The notes: generated by a model not told the origin, from the sequence alone. 64,000 bases of DNA from Vitiosangium sp. GDMCC 1.1324 (GCF_003044305.1 NZ_PZOX01000005.1:515493-579492); one strand, 5' to 3'; counted from the first letter of the stretch, positions 17,562-30,577 are shown. Program-made: numbers and translations.

Positions 17562-18542
17562 ATGAGCACGTCCACCTCGCCTCTCCTGCCCCCCGCGAAG
17601 CTGCCCGGTCCCAACGAACCCTGCTGGTGCGGAAGTGGGACGAAGTACAAGAAGTGCCACCGGGGCGAGGACTCGCAGGCCCGCGCACCCGTGCCCGCCT
17701 CGCGGCGTGTGCAACCCGGAGTGGTGAGCCCGCGCCGCCCGGTGCCTGCTCACATCCCTCGGCCCGACTACGCGGAGACAGGCCGTCCCGGTCCCGGAGT
17801 CCTGGGCGATCCGACGACCCGCCTGACGCGGATGCGGAGGGCCTGCCGCGCCGCCGCCGAGGTCCTCCAGGTGACGGGCGCCGCCGCACAGCCGGGCATC
17901 ACGACGGACGCGCTCGATGCCCTCGCGCACGAGGAGTACATCCGCCGCGGAGGCTACCCGAGCACGCTGGGCTACCACGGGTTCCCCAAGTCCCTCTGCA
18001 CCTCGGTCAACGAGGTCATCCTCCACGGCATCCCGGACAGCCGGGCCCTGGAGGATGGGGACATTGTCAACCTCGACATCACCATCTACCTCGATGGGAT
18101 GCACGGCGACTGCTCAGCGACCTTCCCCGTGGGGAAGATCGACGCGGCCTCCGAGCAGCTGCTCCGGGTGACCCGCGAGTGCCTGATGCTGGGCATCGAG
18201 GCGGTACGTCCGGGCCTCCCCATCAACGTCATCGGCCGGGCCATCGAGGCCCACGCCAAACGTCATGGCTATGGCGTGGTGAACGCATACTGCGGGCACG
18301 GCATCGGCGAGGTGTTCCACCGCTCGCCGCAGGTCTGCCATGCGTTCGATCCCCACGCGACCGACATCATCGAGGAGGGCATGTTCTTCACCATCGAGCC
18401 CATGCTCACGATGGGCGCCATCCACCATCGGGATTGGGATGATGGGTGGACGGTGGTCACCGCGGATGGCAGGCGCTCGGCGCAGTTCGAGCACACCATC
18501 TTCGTGACGCGCGATGGCGCGGAGATCCTGACCCAGGTGTAA
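17562..18542 (+). CDS. map: Type I methionine aminopeptidase with N-terminal SEC-C-like zinc-binding motif
   Basis: Conserved MetAP metal ligands (D..D..H..E..E), and an N-terminal CWCGSGTKYKKCH. The ATG at 17550 overlaps a TATAAA box, so the 17562 start is preferred. Confidence 0.9.
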   Translation: MSTSTSPLLPPAKLPGPNEPCWCGSGTKYKKCHRGEDSQARAPVPASRRVQPGVVSPRRPVPAHIPRPDYAETGRPGPGVLGDPTTRLTRMRRACRAAAEVLQVTGAAAQPGITTDALDALAHEEYIRRGGYPSTLGYHGFPKSLCTSVNEVILHGIPDSRALEDGDIVNLDITIYLDGMHGDCSATFPVGKIDAASEQLLRVTRECLMLGIEAVRPGLPINVIGRAIEAHAKRHGYGVVNAYCGHGIGEVFHRSPQVCHAFDPHATDIIEEGMFFTIEPMLTMGAIHHRDWDDGWTVVTADGRRSAQFEHTIFVTRDGAEILTQV

Positions 18543-18551
18543 CGCCTGGCG

Positions 18552-18815
18552 TCAGTTCAGGGGCTCTGTCCCTCCTGGCCGACGCAGCCTGTAGAGCTCT
18601 TTCACGAAGGAGACGAAGCTGCGGGGCCCCTCGCACACGAGTGTGGCGATCAAGAAGAACCCCAGAGCGATAAACGGGCCTGAGTGGTACCCGATGAAGC
18701 CGCCCGCGAAGAATCCTCCCACACTCATCAGAGGGTGGAAGGAGAACCCGAGCGTGGCTCCGACAACAGCGCCGACAAGCGTGCAAAGCAACGCCATGAA
18801 TTCAAAGACGTTCAT
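18552..18815 (-). CDS. Small membrane protein (hypothetical)
   Basis: MNVFEFMALLCTLVGAVVGATLGF... has three hydrophobic helices. It lies downstream of and co-oriented with the flotillin gene. Confidence 0.45.
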   Translation of the reverse strand: MNVFEFMALLCTLVGAVVGATLGFSFHPLMSVGGFFAGGFIGYHSGPFIALGFFLIATLVCEGPRSFVSFVKELYRLRRPGGTEPLN

Positions 18816-18948
18816 GGCGCGGTGCCTTTCAAGATGCACGCCATGACGTGCGCTCCTCCCGAGAAGCAGCAAGAGTCGAGGAGCGCGCCGCCAGACTGAC
18901 ATCCGACAGCGCGTCGAGGCGACACGCTGTCACTCCCGCCAGCGAGGG

Positions 18949-20703
18949 CTACGCGGCCGGGTCCTTCTTCGGCGCCGTGGGCACCTGCAGGCCCGCCGAG
19001 CGCGCCAGGCCCATCACGCCCTCCACCGCCGCCGCGATGTAGCCGAACGGATTGGCTCCATCCACGGCCGTCACGTGCACCTCGCCCATCTTCTGCTGGA
19101 ACGCCGCCGCCACCTGCGGCAACTGCTGCGCCAGCACCAGTTGGATCGACTCCGGCGACAGCGTGTTGTCGATCTCCCGCAGCGCCCTCGCCCTCGCCAG
19201 CTCCGGGTCCTGCGTGATGCGGGCCTTGCGCGCATCCATCTCCGCCATCGCCAGTTCCGCCTCGGCAATGGCACACCGCGCCTCCGCCACCTTCGCCTGC
19301 GCCCTCGCCCGCTCCGCCTCCTGCTGCAACACCGCCATCATCGCCGCGTGCCGCGCCGTCTGCGCCTGCTGCTCCTGGTGCAGCTTCTCCAGATCCGCCT
19401 CCGCCTTCACCACCGCCATCTGCCGCTCATGCGCCAGGCGCGCCGCCTCCGCCTCCTGCTCCAGCTTCAGCCTCTCCAGCTCCGCCTGCGCCTTCGCCAC
19501 CGACAGCGCCCGCTCATTCGTCAGCTTCGCCGTCTGCGCATGCTGCTCCAGCTTCAGCCTCTCCAGCTCCGCCTGGGACCTCGACGCCGCCAGCCCCCGC
19601 TCCTGCGCCAGCTTCGCCTCCGCCATCCGCCGCTCGGCCTCGAGCTGCGCCAGCTTCTGCGCCTCCTCCGCCTTCGTCTTCTGCTCCCTCACCTCCAGCT
19701 CGGCGTTCAGCTTCGCCAGCGCCGTCTCGCGCTCCAGCGTCACCTGCGCCTGCCGCGTGCTCCGCTCCTTCGCGACCCGCGCCTCCTCCACGCGCGACTC
19801 GATCGCCAGCGCCTCCAGCTTCGCCTGCTCCTCCGCCTCCTGCCGCTTGTGCCGGACCTCCTCCTCCGTCGCCAGCCGCGTCAGCGAAATCTGCCGCTCC
19901 GCCTCCGCCTCCTCCTTCCGGATGAAGCGCTCCTTGGCCAGCTCCGCCTCGCGCGCCACCCGCTCCTGCTCCTCCCGGAAGCGCGCCTGCATGTTCGCGA
20001 ACACCGTCTCCGACAGCACCCGCACGTCCTGGATCTCAATCGTGTCCAGGACCACGCCCCACCCCGTGGCCGCCCGGTCCTCCGGCCTCCCCTTCCCCGA
20101 CACCACCGGCGCGATCTCCCGCATCAGCTCCGTGGCGATTCCCTCCTTGCGCTTGGAGAGGCACTCCTCCACCGACAGGTTCGCCACCAGCCGCCGCACC
20201 GCTCCCACGAACATCTCCCGCAGCAGCTCCGCCAGCTTCTGCTGCGCCCGCTCCGGGAAGGAGAAGTTCAGCATCCGGAAGGCCACCAGCGGATCGACAA
20301 TCCGGTACACCGCCAGGCCCGTCACCTGCACGCCCACCTTCTCGCTCGTCACCTGGTCCGCGGTGAACTGCAGCCGCTGCACGCTCGTGGGGACGATCGC
20401 CACCGCGTCCCCCGGCAGCTTGAAGCACGAGGCCCCCTGCCCGCTCACCTCGCGCACCCGGCCCCGGCGCATGTGGATGAGGAACTCGCTCGGCCTCGCG
20501 GTGACCAGGCCCCACTTCTTCATCTTCTCCGGGTCCTCCTCCGGCTTGCCCGCCCTCCACCCGCCCTGGTACCGCCGCAGGTCCTCCCCGCCCCCCTGCG
20601 GCTCGCCCCCGCCACTGCGCACCAGCTCCGACCGCCCTCCCACCGACAGCTCCATGGCCCCCACGGCGTTCAGCTTCATTGCCCGCTTCTCATTCGTGCT
20701 CAT
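18949..20703 (-). CDS. Flotillin-like SPFH/Band-7 domain protein
   Basis: An SPFH domain followed by a long EA-rich coiled coil. The start is taken at MSTNEKRAMKLNAV, since the upstream extension of the listed ORF is not protein-like. Confidence 0.85.
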   Translation of the reverse strand: MSTNEKRAMKLNAVGAMELSVGGRSELVRSGGGEPQGGGEDLRRYQGGWRAGKPEEDPEKMKKWGLVTARPSEFLIHMRRGRVREVSGQGASCFKLPGDAVAIVPTSVQRLQFTADQVTSEKVGVQVTGLAVYRIVDPLVAFRMLNFSFPERAQQKLAELLREMFVGAVRRLVANLSVEECLSKRKEGIATELMREIAPVVSGKGRPEDRAATGWGVVLDTIEIQDVRVLSETVFANMQARFREEQERVAREAELAKERFIRKEEAEAERQISLTRLATEEEVRHKRQEAEEQAKLEALAIESRVEEARVAKERSTRQAQVTLERETALAKLNAELEVREQKTKAEEAQKLAQLEAERRMAEAKLAQERGLAASRSQAELERLKLEQHAQTAKLTNERALSVAKAQAELERLKLEQEAEAARLAHERQMAVVKAEADLEKLHQEQQAQTARHAAMMAVLQQEAERARAQAKVAEARCAIAEAELAMAEMDARKARITQDPELARARALREIDNTLSPESIQLVLAQQLPQVAAAFQQKMGEVHVTAVDGANPFGYIAAAVEGVMGLARSAGLQVPTAPKKDPAA

Positions 20704-20938
20704 TGGCGCACCCTCCGGAAGTCCCGGACTCCCGGAATTGCAGCCTGCTGGCCAACGCCCCGCTGCCCTGAAATCGCGCACTTGGCCACTCGGGGTGTTC
20801 CAGGCTGGCGCACCTGCTCCAGAGTGGAGCGCTCCGCTCCGGTACAACCCGTGATAGAGGACTGAATCGGTCTGATTCGCGGTTGATACAGCCTGGGGCG
20901 CCCCGCCCTTATGTCAGCTTGACCGGGAGGGTCCCGAT

Positions 20939-20965
20939 TTTATAATTGACCGGTCCAGTCCACAT
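20939..20965 (+). promoter_or_regulatory. Palindromic element (TTGACCGGTCCAGTC core, contains GACCGGTC palindrome) upstream of iscS; loose resemblance to IscR type-1 site
   Basis: Sequence reads ATAATTGACCGGTCCAGTCCACAT, about 17/25 matches to the ATASYYGACTRwwwYAGTCRRSTAT consensus. It lies about 90 bp upstream of the iscS start. Confidence 0.25.
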
Positions 20966-21055
20966 TAGGTGTGCCCAGGTAGGACATCCTAGGACCTCGC
21001 GGGGTTACCGGCACCCGCGGCGAGGGGACGAACAGTTGCCCGGAAGGTTTACCGA

Positions 21056-22421
<1,366 letters not shown>

Positions 22422-22531
22422 CCCCGTCCCGGGCCCTCCCCTGGTTGGAGGGCAGGCGGGCACCCGACCCCGGCACGGTTGCCGGGCAACGGACCCGGTG
22501 ACAAGCGTTCATAAGGGAGTAGCGAGTACCC

Positions 22532-22930
22532 ATGGCCTACAGCGACAAAGTCATCGACCACTACGAGAACCCCCGCAATGTCGGCACGCTCGACAAGGCC
22601 GACCCCAACGTGGGCACCGGTCTGGTGGGGGCTCCCGCGTGCGGCGACGTGATGCGCCTGCAGCTGAAGATCACCGACGAGGGCATCATCGAGGATGCCA
22701 AGTTCAAGACCTTCGGGTGCGGCTCGGCCATCGCCTCCAGCTCGCTGGTGACCGAGTGGGTCAAGGGCAAGACGGTGGACGAGGCGATGACCATCTCCAA
22801 CAAGGACGTGGCCCGCGAGCTGGCGCTGCCGCCGGTGAAGATCCACTGCTCGGTGCTGGCCGAGGACGCCATCAAGGCCGCCATCGACGACTTCAAGAAG
22901 AAGCGCGCGGCGCGGCAGCAGAAGGCCTGA
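22532..22930 (+). CDS. iscU: Fe-S cluster assembly scaffold IscU
   Basis: MAYSDKVIDHYENPRNVG...GAPACGDVM...CGSAIASSSL is canonical IscU. Confidence 0.95.
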   Translation: MAYSDKVIDHYENPRNVGTLDKADPNVGTGLVGAPACGDVMRLQLKITDEGIIEDAKFKTFGCGSAIASSSLVTEWVKGKTVDEAMTISNKDVARELALPPVKIHCSVLAEDAIKAAIDDFKKKRAARQQKA

Positions 22931-22952
22931 GCAGGACCGAAGGAGGAGGCGC

Positions 22953-23357
22953 GTGATGAGCGAGCAGGCGACAACCCAGACGAGCCAGACGCAGACGGCG
23001 CCTGCCCCCACGGCCGCGAAGCCGGCGGCACGGGGCATCACGCTGCACGACACCGCGGTGGAGCAGCTCAAGAAGCTGCTGGCCGAGCGGCAGACGCCCG
23101 AGGCGGGCTTGCGCGTCGCGGTGCGCGGCGGCGGGTGCTCGGGGCTGGCGTACGTGATGGAGTGGGCGGAGAAGCCGCGCGAGAAGGACAAGATCTTCGA
23201 GCGGGATGGCGTGCGCGTGTTCGTGGACCCGAAGAGCTACCTGTACCTGCTCGGCACGGAGATCGCGTACGAGTCCACGCTGATGGCCTCCGGCTTCAAG
23301 CTGAACAACCCCAACGTGAAGAGCGCGTGCGGCTGCGGCGAGAGCTTCTCCGTCTGA
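22953..23357 (+). CDS. iscA: Fe-S cluster insertion protein IscA/HesB family
   Basis: C-terminal CGCGESFSV and an internal GGGCSG motif. Confidence 0.9.
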   Translation: MMSEQATTQTSQTQTAPAPTAAKPAARGITLHDTAVEQLKKLLAERQTPEAGLRVAVRGGGCSGLAYVMEWAEKPREKDKIFERDGVRVFVDPKSYLYLLGTEIAYESTLMASGFKLNNPNVKSACGCGESFSV

Positions 23358-23441
23358 GGGGCTCGCTCATCCCAGGTTGGCTCCGGGGCTCGGCCGAGGA
23401 AAGCCGAGCCCCTTCGTTTTGCCCCGGAAAGGGGACCCGAA

Positions 23442-24067
23442 GTGAAGTGCTGGAACTGTGAGAAGGACACGGCCGGGCGCCCCTTCTGCCCGGCGTGTGG
23501 AAAGATCGCGGCCCGTCCCCCGGGAGCCACCCACTTCGACGTGTTCGGCCTGCCCCGGGCGTACGACGTGGACCTGCCCGCGCTGGAGAAGCAGTACCGG
23601 GAGCTGTCGCTGCAGCTCCACCCGGACCGGTTCGCCCAGGCGGAGGCACGCGAGCGCCGGCTGTCCCTGGAGCAGACCACGGCGCTCAACGAGGCCTTCA
23701 AGACGCTCAAGGACGGCACGAAGCGGGCCTTCTACCTGCTCAAGCTGCTCGGGGTGGACCTGGAGCGGGAGGACGCCGGCACGCAGAAGGACATGCCCCT
23801 CGAGTTCCTCGAGGAGGTGATGGAGCTGCGCGAGGCGCTCGACGAGGCCATGGAGGCCCGGGACACCGAGCGGGCCCGGAAGATGGCCTCGGACGTGGCG
23901 AGCCGCCGCAAGGCCGCCCTCCAAGAGGCCGTGGACACGCTGCGCACCCTGGAAAAGGGCGTGCCGGTCGAATCGTCGGTGAAAAAGGCATCGCACGCCC
24001 TGGGACGGGTGCGGTACTTCACGCGCTTCCTCGAACAGGTCGACGCGTTCGAGGAGGAGATGCTGTC

Positions 24068-24071
<4 letters not shown>
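23442..24071 (+). CDS. hscB: Co-chaperone HscB (J-domain) with N-terminal tetracysteine zinc-finger
   Basis: [32 protein letters not shown] is a J-domain with an HPD tripeptide. N-terminal CWNC-x11-CPAC. Confidence 0.85.
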
Positions 24072-25912
<1,841 letters not shown>

Positions 25913-25913
25913 C

Positions 25914-26291
25914 GTGCCCAAGGTCCACTTCAAGAGCCCCCTGGATGACGTCACCGTGGAGGTGACGACGGGGACCACCCTGCTGGACGCCGCCGAGAAG
26001 GCCGGCGCCCAGGTGGGTCACTCCTGCGGCGGAGTCTGCGCCTGCTCCACCTGCCATATCTGGGTGCGCAAGGGCCTCGAGTCGCTCTCCGAGCAGACGG
26101 ACCAGGAGATGGACCGGCTGGACATGGGCTTCGACGTGCGCCCGTACTCCCGCCTGTCCTGCCAGAGCGAGATCGGGAATGAGGACATCCTCGTGGAGAT
26201 TACCGAGGAGTCCCTCTCGGCCTTCATGGACGAGAACCCCGCCGTCCGGCGCCGGCTCGAGTCCGAAGGGAAATGGCCGTTGAAGAAGTGA
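25914..26291 (+). CDS. fdx: [2Fe-2S] ferredoxin Fdx (ISC type)
   Basis: Cys ligands at CGGVCACSTCH ... LSCQ. Confidence 0.9.
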   Translation: MPKVHFKSPLDDVTVEVTTGTTLLDAAEKAGAQVGHSCGGVCACSTCHIWVRKGLESLSEQTDQEMDRLDMGFDVRPYSRLSCQSEIGNEDILVEITEESLSAFMDENPAVRRRLESEGKWPLKK

Positions 26292-26376
26292 GGTTGAAAC
26301 AACTGCTTGACGGGGACGGTTCAGGCATCTATACACCGCACCCGTCGACGCAACGCACCGCCGAGACGCACCGCCT

Positions 26377-26460
26377 GCCCAGGTGGTGGAATTGGTAGAC
26401 ACACTAGATTCAGGGTCTAGCGCCTGCAAGGGCATGGAGGTTCGAGTCCTCTCCTGGGCA
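26377..26460 (+). tRNA. tRNA-Leu (anticodon CAG), long variable arm; no encoded CCA
   Basis: Acceptor stem GCCCAGG/CCTGGGC, T-loop GGTTCGAGTCC, and anticodon loop TTCAGGG by manual folding. Confidence 0.9.
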
Positions 26461-26468
26461 CTGAAAAA

Positions 26469-26504
26469 GGCTCCGACTGAAAAGTCGGGGCCTTTTTCTT
26501 TTTC
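26469..26504. terminator. Rho-independent, probably bidirectional, terminator
   Basis: GGCUCCGAC-ugaaaa-GUCGGGGCC hairpin followed by UUUUUCUUUUU. The reverse strand also has a T-run, and convergent genes lie on both sides. Confidence 0.6.
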
Positions 26505-26527
26505 AGCACTCCGCTGTCCCCTCGGCC

Positions 26528-27610
26528 TCAGCTCGGGGCGTGAACGGGCTCCACCGCCTCGTGGGCCACGTGGCTCGCCGCCTCCCGAGCCAGGCTGCCG
26601 CCCTTGCGGAGATCCTTGATGCGGATGCCGCGCAGCCGCACGGAGAGTGCCCCCAGCAGTACCTGACTCAACACCGTGCCCAGATGGGTGAGCGTGGAGA
26701 AGGCCGCCGCGTCCTCGGCCGAGGCTCCCAGGTTCCGCGCCGCCCAGCTCGTGACGAAGTAGTAGATGCCCATGCCCGCCGGAATCCCGGGAAGCGACTG
26801 GCCCAGCGCGATGGCCCCCAGCACCACGGTACCGGCGAAGAGGCCTCCCCGCACCCCGATGCCCCGCAGGGCCAGCCCATAGGCCAGCGCGGGGGCCAGC
26901 ACCGACGGGATGGAGAACACCAGCGCCTTCGCCATGCCTCGGAAGCTGCGCGCGGTGCCCAGCCCCTCGGAGATGTGCCCCAGCAGGTGCTGCAACCGCG
27001 GCAGCTTCTTCTTGCGCTCCAGCAGGCGCGCCAGCGGCAGCGAGTAGTGGGCCAGCAGCACCACCAGCACCACCAGCCCCACGCACACCCCCACGGCGAT
27101 CCGCAGAGGACCGGCGAAGTGGGACATCGTCGCGCCGAACGGCCCCGCGAAGGACAGGGCCACCAGCCCCATCAGCACGGCGAACTCCAACAGCTTGCAT
27201 ACCGCCACCGAGCCCAAGGCCTGGAGGAACGGAATGCGCTGGGTGCGCGACAACAGAAAGGACCGGATGAAGTCCCCCAGCTTCCCGGGCAGCGCGTTGT
27301 GCGTGAAGGCGCCGATCGCCACCAGGTGGTAGCGCTCGCGGAAGGGCACCGGCTTGCTCAGCGTCGTCTGCCACTGCACCGCCCTCGCCGGGAGGATGGA
27401 CGCGGACAGCAACAGGAAGGGAATGAACCAGTGCAGGTGGCCCGGTAGCGCCCGGACGAACTTCCGCAGCGAGAAGCGCGGACTGACCAGGGGCCCTTCC
27501 CTGAACAGGTTCCACTTGAAGAAGGCACTGGAGATGAGGAGGACGGTCAGCACCACCCCCAACAGCACCAGCAGTGCCTTGAGATACGCCCAGCCCGCCG
27601 GCCGCCTCAT
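26528..27610 (-). CDS. Lysylphosphatidylglycerol-synthase-TM-region-like (UPF0104 / flippase-like) membrane protein
   Basis: About 8 TM helices in an MprF-N-terminal-like pattern. The start is taken at MRRPAGWAYLK, which overlaps the upstream gene stop by ATGA. Confidence 0.7.
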   Translation of the reverse strand: MRRPAGWAYLKALLVLLGVVLTVLLISSAFFKWNLFREGPLVSPRFSLRKFVRALPGHLHWFIPFLLLSASILPARAVQWQTTLSKPVPFRERYHLVAIGAFTHNALPGKLGDFIRSFLLSRTQRIPFLQALGSVAVCKLLEFAVLMGLVALSFAGPFGATMSHFAGPLRIAVGVCVGLVVLVVLLAHYSLPLARLLERKKKLPRLQHLLGHISEGLGTARSFRGMAKALVFSIPSVLAPALAYGLALRGIGVRGGLFAGTVVLGAIALGQSLPGIPAGMGIYYFVTSWAARNLGASAEDAAAFSTLTHLGTVLSQVLLGALSVRLRGIRIKDLRKGGSLAREAASHVAHEAVEPVHAPS

Positions 27611-29212
27611 GTCGCCTCCGCCCACCTCGTCTCCGGGATGATCAACGGCTTCGCCCCGTCGCGGTACACCTCGGACAGCCGCTCGTGCAGTTGCGTGCAG
27701 TGGCTCAGCGCCGACAGGTCCACCGGAAGCTCTCTCGGCCAGCAGATGAGGCTGGAGGTCTCCGTGCGCGTGAGCCCACCGTGCGAGCCGAACTCCCACG
27801 CGAAGCCCACCGTGCCACCCCGAGGCACCGCCTGGCCAAAGAGCACCAGGTCTCCCGCCGTGGACATGTAGGGCAGCTCGCGCAGGAAGTCCGCCACCGC
27901 CCGGCGCGAGAACTCCGCATCCAGTGGCGCGCTGTCGATTTCGCCCGGCCCGTACACTCCTCCGTTGATGACGGCCACCGCCGAGTCACCCCGGCGCACC
28001 GCCACGATGGCGATGTCCGGATGGCGCGCGGCCCTCGCGATCACCTCCGGGTGGCGCGCCACCAGCTGCGCCGCCTCGAGCGGCTTCTGCTCCCGCGTCA
28101 GGTAGACGTGGGAGAAGTTGCCGGACTCGACGACCACCGGCTCCTCCGGAGCCCCTGCCAGTCCGACCACCGGATGCGGGCGGCCATCGAGCAGCCCCCG
28201 TGCCACGTCCTCGGAGAGCGGCAGGGGCTCGCCTCGCAGGAGGATGTCCTCGAGCCGCTGGCCCCCGCGCTGCTCGATGGGGTGGCTGTCCACGTGACCG
28301 TGGTCCGTGAGGAAGATGAGATCGTACCCGGGCTCCACCACCTGGGCCACCGCGTAGAGCTCCGCGAGGTAGGCGTCCACACGCTGCAACTCCGCGAGCG
28401 CCTGCGCCGAGTGCGGGCCGCGGCGGTGGGCCACCTCGTCATAGTTGCCGTAGACGAGGTAGACGATGGGCACGCCGCGAACCATGTCCAGCAGGCTCTT
28501 GGAGTGGACGAAGCTCCACCCGAGCCGCTGCAACACCACCCGGCTCATGAGGAAGCCGCTCTCATGGCGCCAGTCCCGGAGCGCGCGGGCCCAGCCGTAC
28601 ACCTCGGTGAAGGCCTTCCACGCGTCGCGGCCGAGCGAGCGCAGATAGGAGAGCGGCGTCTGCGTGCGCGCCGCGAGAATGCCCGCCATCTCGTACTTGA
28701 AGTTCTTCGCCATCAATCTGTAGCTGCCCAGCGTGCTCATGCACATGCGATTGCTGGCGTCCGCCTTGAAGAGCGAGAAGTACGTGTGCCCGCCACTCGA
28801 CAGAAGGCTCCCGCCGGGGCAGCTCCGCAGCCGGGCCTCGACCGCGAGCGTGTCGCTCGGCATGTTCATCTGGACCTTGCGGCCGAGCTCCCGGTCGAAC
28901 CAGCTGTAGGCCGGCAGGTTGGGATGGCGCAGGCCATAGAGAAAACCCGCCTGGAAGAAGGGCGTGGAGGCAGGCGAGCCCCAGAACGCATCATCCATGG
29001 AGTAGGCGCCGGAGCGCATGAGCTTCGAGAAGAAGGGCATCCGCCCGGTGCGAACGGCATCCTCGAGATGTGACTTGGGGACCCCGTCCAGGTGGACGAC
29101 GAGCAGCTTGCGTCGACGAGAAGTCGACAGCGGGGCGACCTTCGCCCCCACGCGCCGCACGTACTCTCGAGCCCAGGCCTGCAACTGTGGGTTGATGACT
29201 TCGTTCACGGTC
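27607..29212 (-). CDS. Alkaline-phosphatase-superfamily phosphoesterase (type I phosphodiesterase/nucleotide pyrophosphatase-like)
   Basis: LVVHLDGVP ... LTDHGHV metal-ligand motifs. The start is a GTG near 29212, and the upstream part of the listed ORF is Arg-rich. Confidence 0.7.
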
Positions 29213-29360
29213 TCGCCTCCCCTCCCCCCGCGCCGAAGATGCGCACGGAGGAGGCCGCCAGCCGTGCGGTGCGAGTCAGGTCCGCCGGAGGGCAGCCGGA
29301 CGGACGCGGGCCCCAAACGTCAACGTGGTCCAGCCCCTCCGCGGCATGGCACCTTGAAGA

Positions 29361-30566
29361 TTGATGCTCACGACCGCGCTGCTGTTGACAACGCTGGCCA
29401 CTGCCCCCACCGCGCCCCCGAGCGCCCTCTCCACCACCACGGACTCGGCCTCGAGTCCGGCCCCGGCGGAACAATCCTCGAAGAAGGAGCGGGGCGTGGA
29501 CGCCATCGTCCTGCCCCTGGTGAGCTACAACTCGGACCTGGGCTTCACCTATGGCGGTGTGGCCGGCGCCTACGTGTACGCGCCGGGACATAAGCCGTAC
29601 CGGCATGGCATCGCCGTCCAGGCCATGTTCACCAGCCGCGGCCAGCAGAACCACTACCTGCGCTACGACGGGCCCCAGCTCATCGGCCCCTTACGGTTGG
29701 AGGCGCGCCTGGAGTACCGGCGCGAGCTGCACAGCCCCTTCTATGGGCCGGGCAACGTGTCCGCTCAAGGCTTCAACGGCGACGAGAGCCAGGAGTTCTA
29801 CAACTACAAGAAGGGCTCGCCGAGCGCGTTCGTGCGCCTGCGCGGCCATCCCTGGGGAGAGGACCACCCGCTCCAGACCTACGTGGGCTACTCGTGGCGG
29901 TACACGCAGGTGGATCCCTTCGAGGTCTCGGCGCTGGCGCAGCTCAAGCCGGTGGGCATCGAGGGAGGGCCCACGGGGCAGATCATGGCGGGCGTGCTCT
30001 GGGACACTCGGGACAACGAGTCGGATCCCGTGCGCGGCGGTGTGGAGGAGCTGGCCCTGCGGGTGTCGGGGAGCGCCACGGGCAGCCGCTACCAGTACGC
30101 GGGCGTGACGCTGAGCGAGCGGCGCTTCTGGCAGCTGGGCCCGCGCTTCGTCCTGGCGCAGCGGCTGACGCTGGACGCGCTGTTCGGCGAGGTGCCCTTC
30201 TTCGAGTGGGTGAACACGGGCGGCGTGAGCAGCTCCGAGGGCATTGGCGGCATGAGCACCGTGCGCGGCATCGAGCGCAACCGGTTCGCGGGCAACATCA
30301 AGGCGTTCTCGAACACGGAGCTGCGCGTCCGGGCCTTCGACTTCAAGCTGTTCGGCTCACCGGTGATCGTCGGCGGCGTGGCCTTCGTGGACCTGGGACG
30401 CGTGTGGCACCCGAACGTGGCGGACGGTCCGTGGTGGATGTGGCACCCGGGCCTGGGCGCCGGTCTGCGGCTCACCCGGCGCGCCGCGGTGGTGCGGTTC
30501 GATTGGGCCATGTCCCCGGAGTCGGGCCGCAGCCGCATCTACCTGAACTTCGGCCACATGTTCTGA
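29361..30566 (+). CDS. Outer-membrane beta-barrel protein (Omp85/bacterial surface antigen-like)
   Basis: A signal peptide, alternating beta-strand pattern, and a C-terminal ...YLNFGHMF aromatic terminus. Confidence 0.65.
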   Translation: MMLTTALLLTTLATAPTAPPSALSTTTDSASSPAPAEQSSKKERGVDAIVLPLVSYNSDLGFTYGGVAGAYVYAPGHKPYRHGIAVQAMFTSRGQQNHYLRYDGPQLIGPLRLEARLEYRRELHSPFYGPGNVSAQGFNGDESQEFYNYKKGSPSAFVRLRGHPWGEDHPLQTYVGYSWRYTQVDPFEVSALAQLKPVGIEGGPTGQIMAGVLWDTRDNESDPVRGGVEELALRVSGSATGSRYQYAGVTLSERRFWQLGPRFVLAQRLTLDALFGEVPFFEWVNTGGVSSSEGIGGMSTVRGIERNRFAGNIKAFSNTELRVRAFDFKLFGSPVIVGGVAFVDLGRVWHPNVADGPWWMWHPGLGAGLRLTRRAAVVRFDWAMSPESGRSRIYLNFGHMF

Positions 30567-30577
30567 GGGCCCGGGCC

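Noticed and set aside
19052-20865. 600-aa and 596-aa plus-strand ORFs
   Set aside because: Antisense to the flotillin coiled-coil region. They are Ser/Ala/Cys/Arg-rich low-complexity artefacts.
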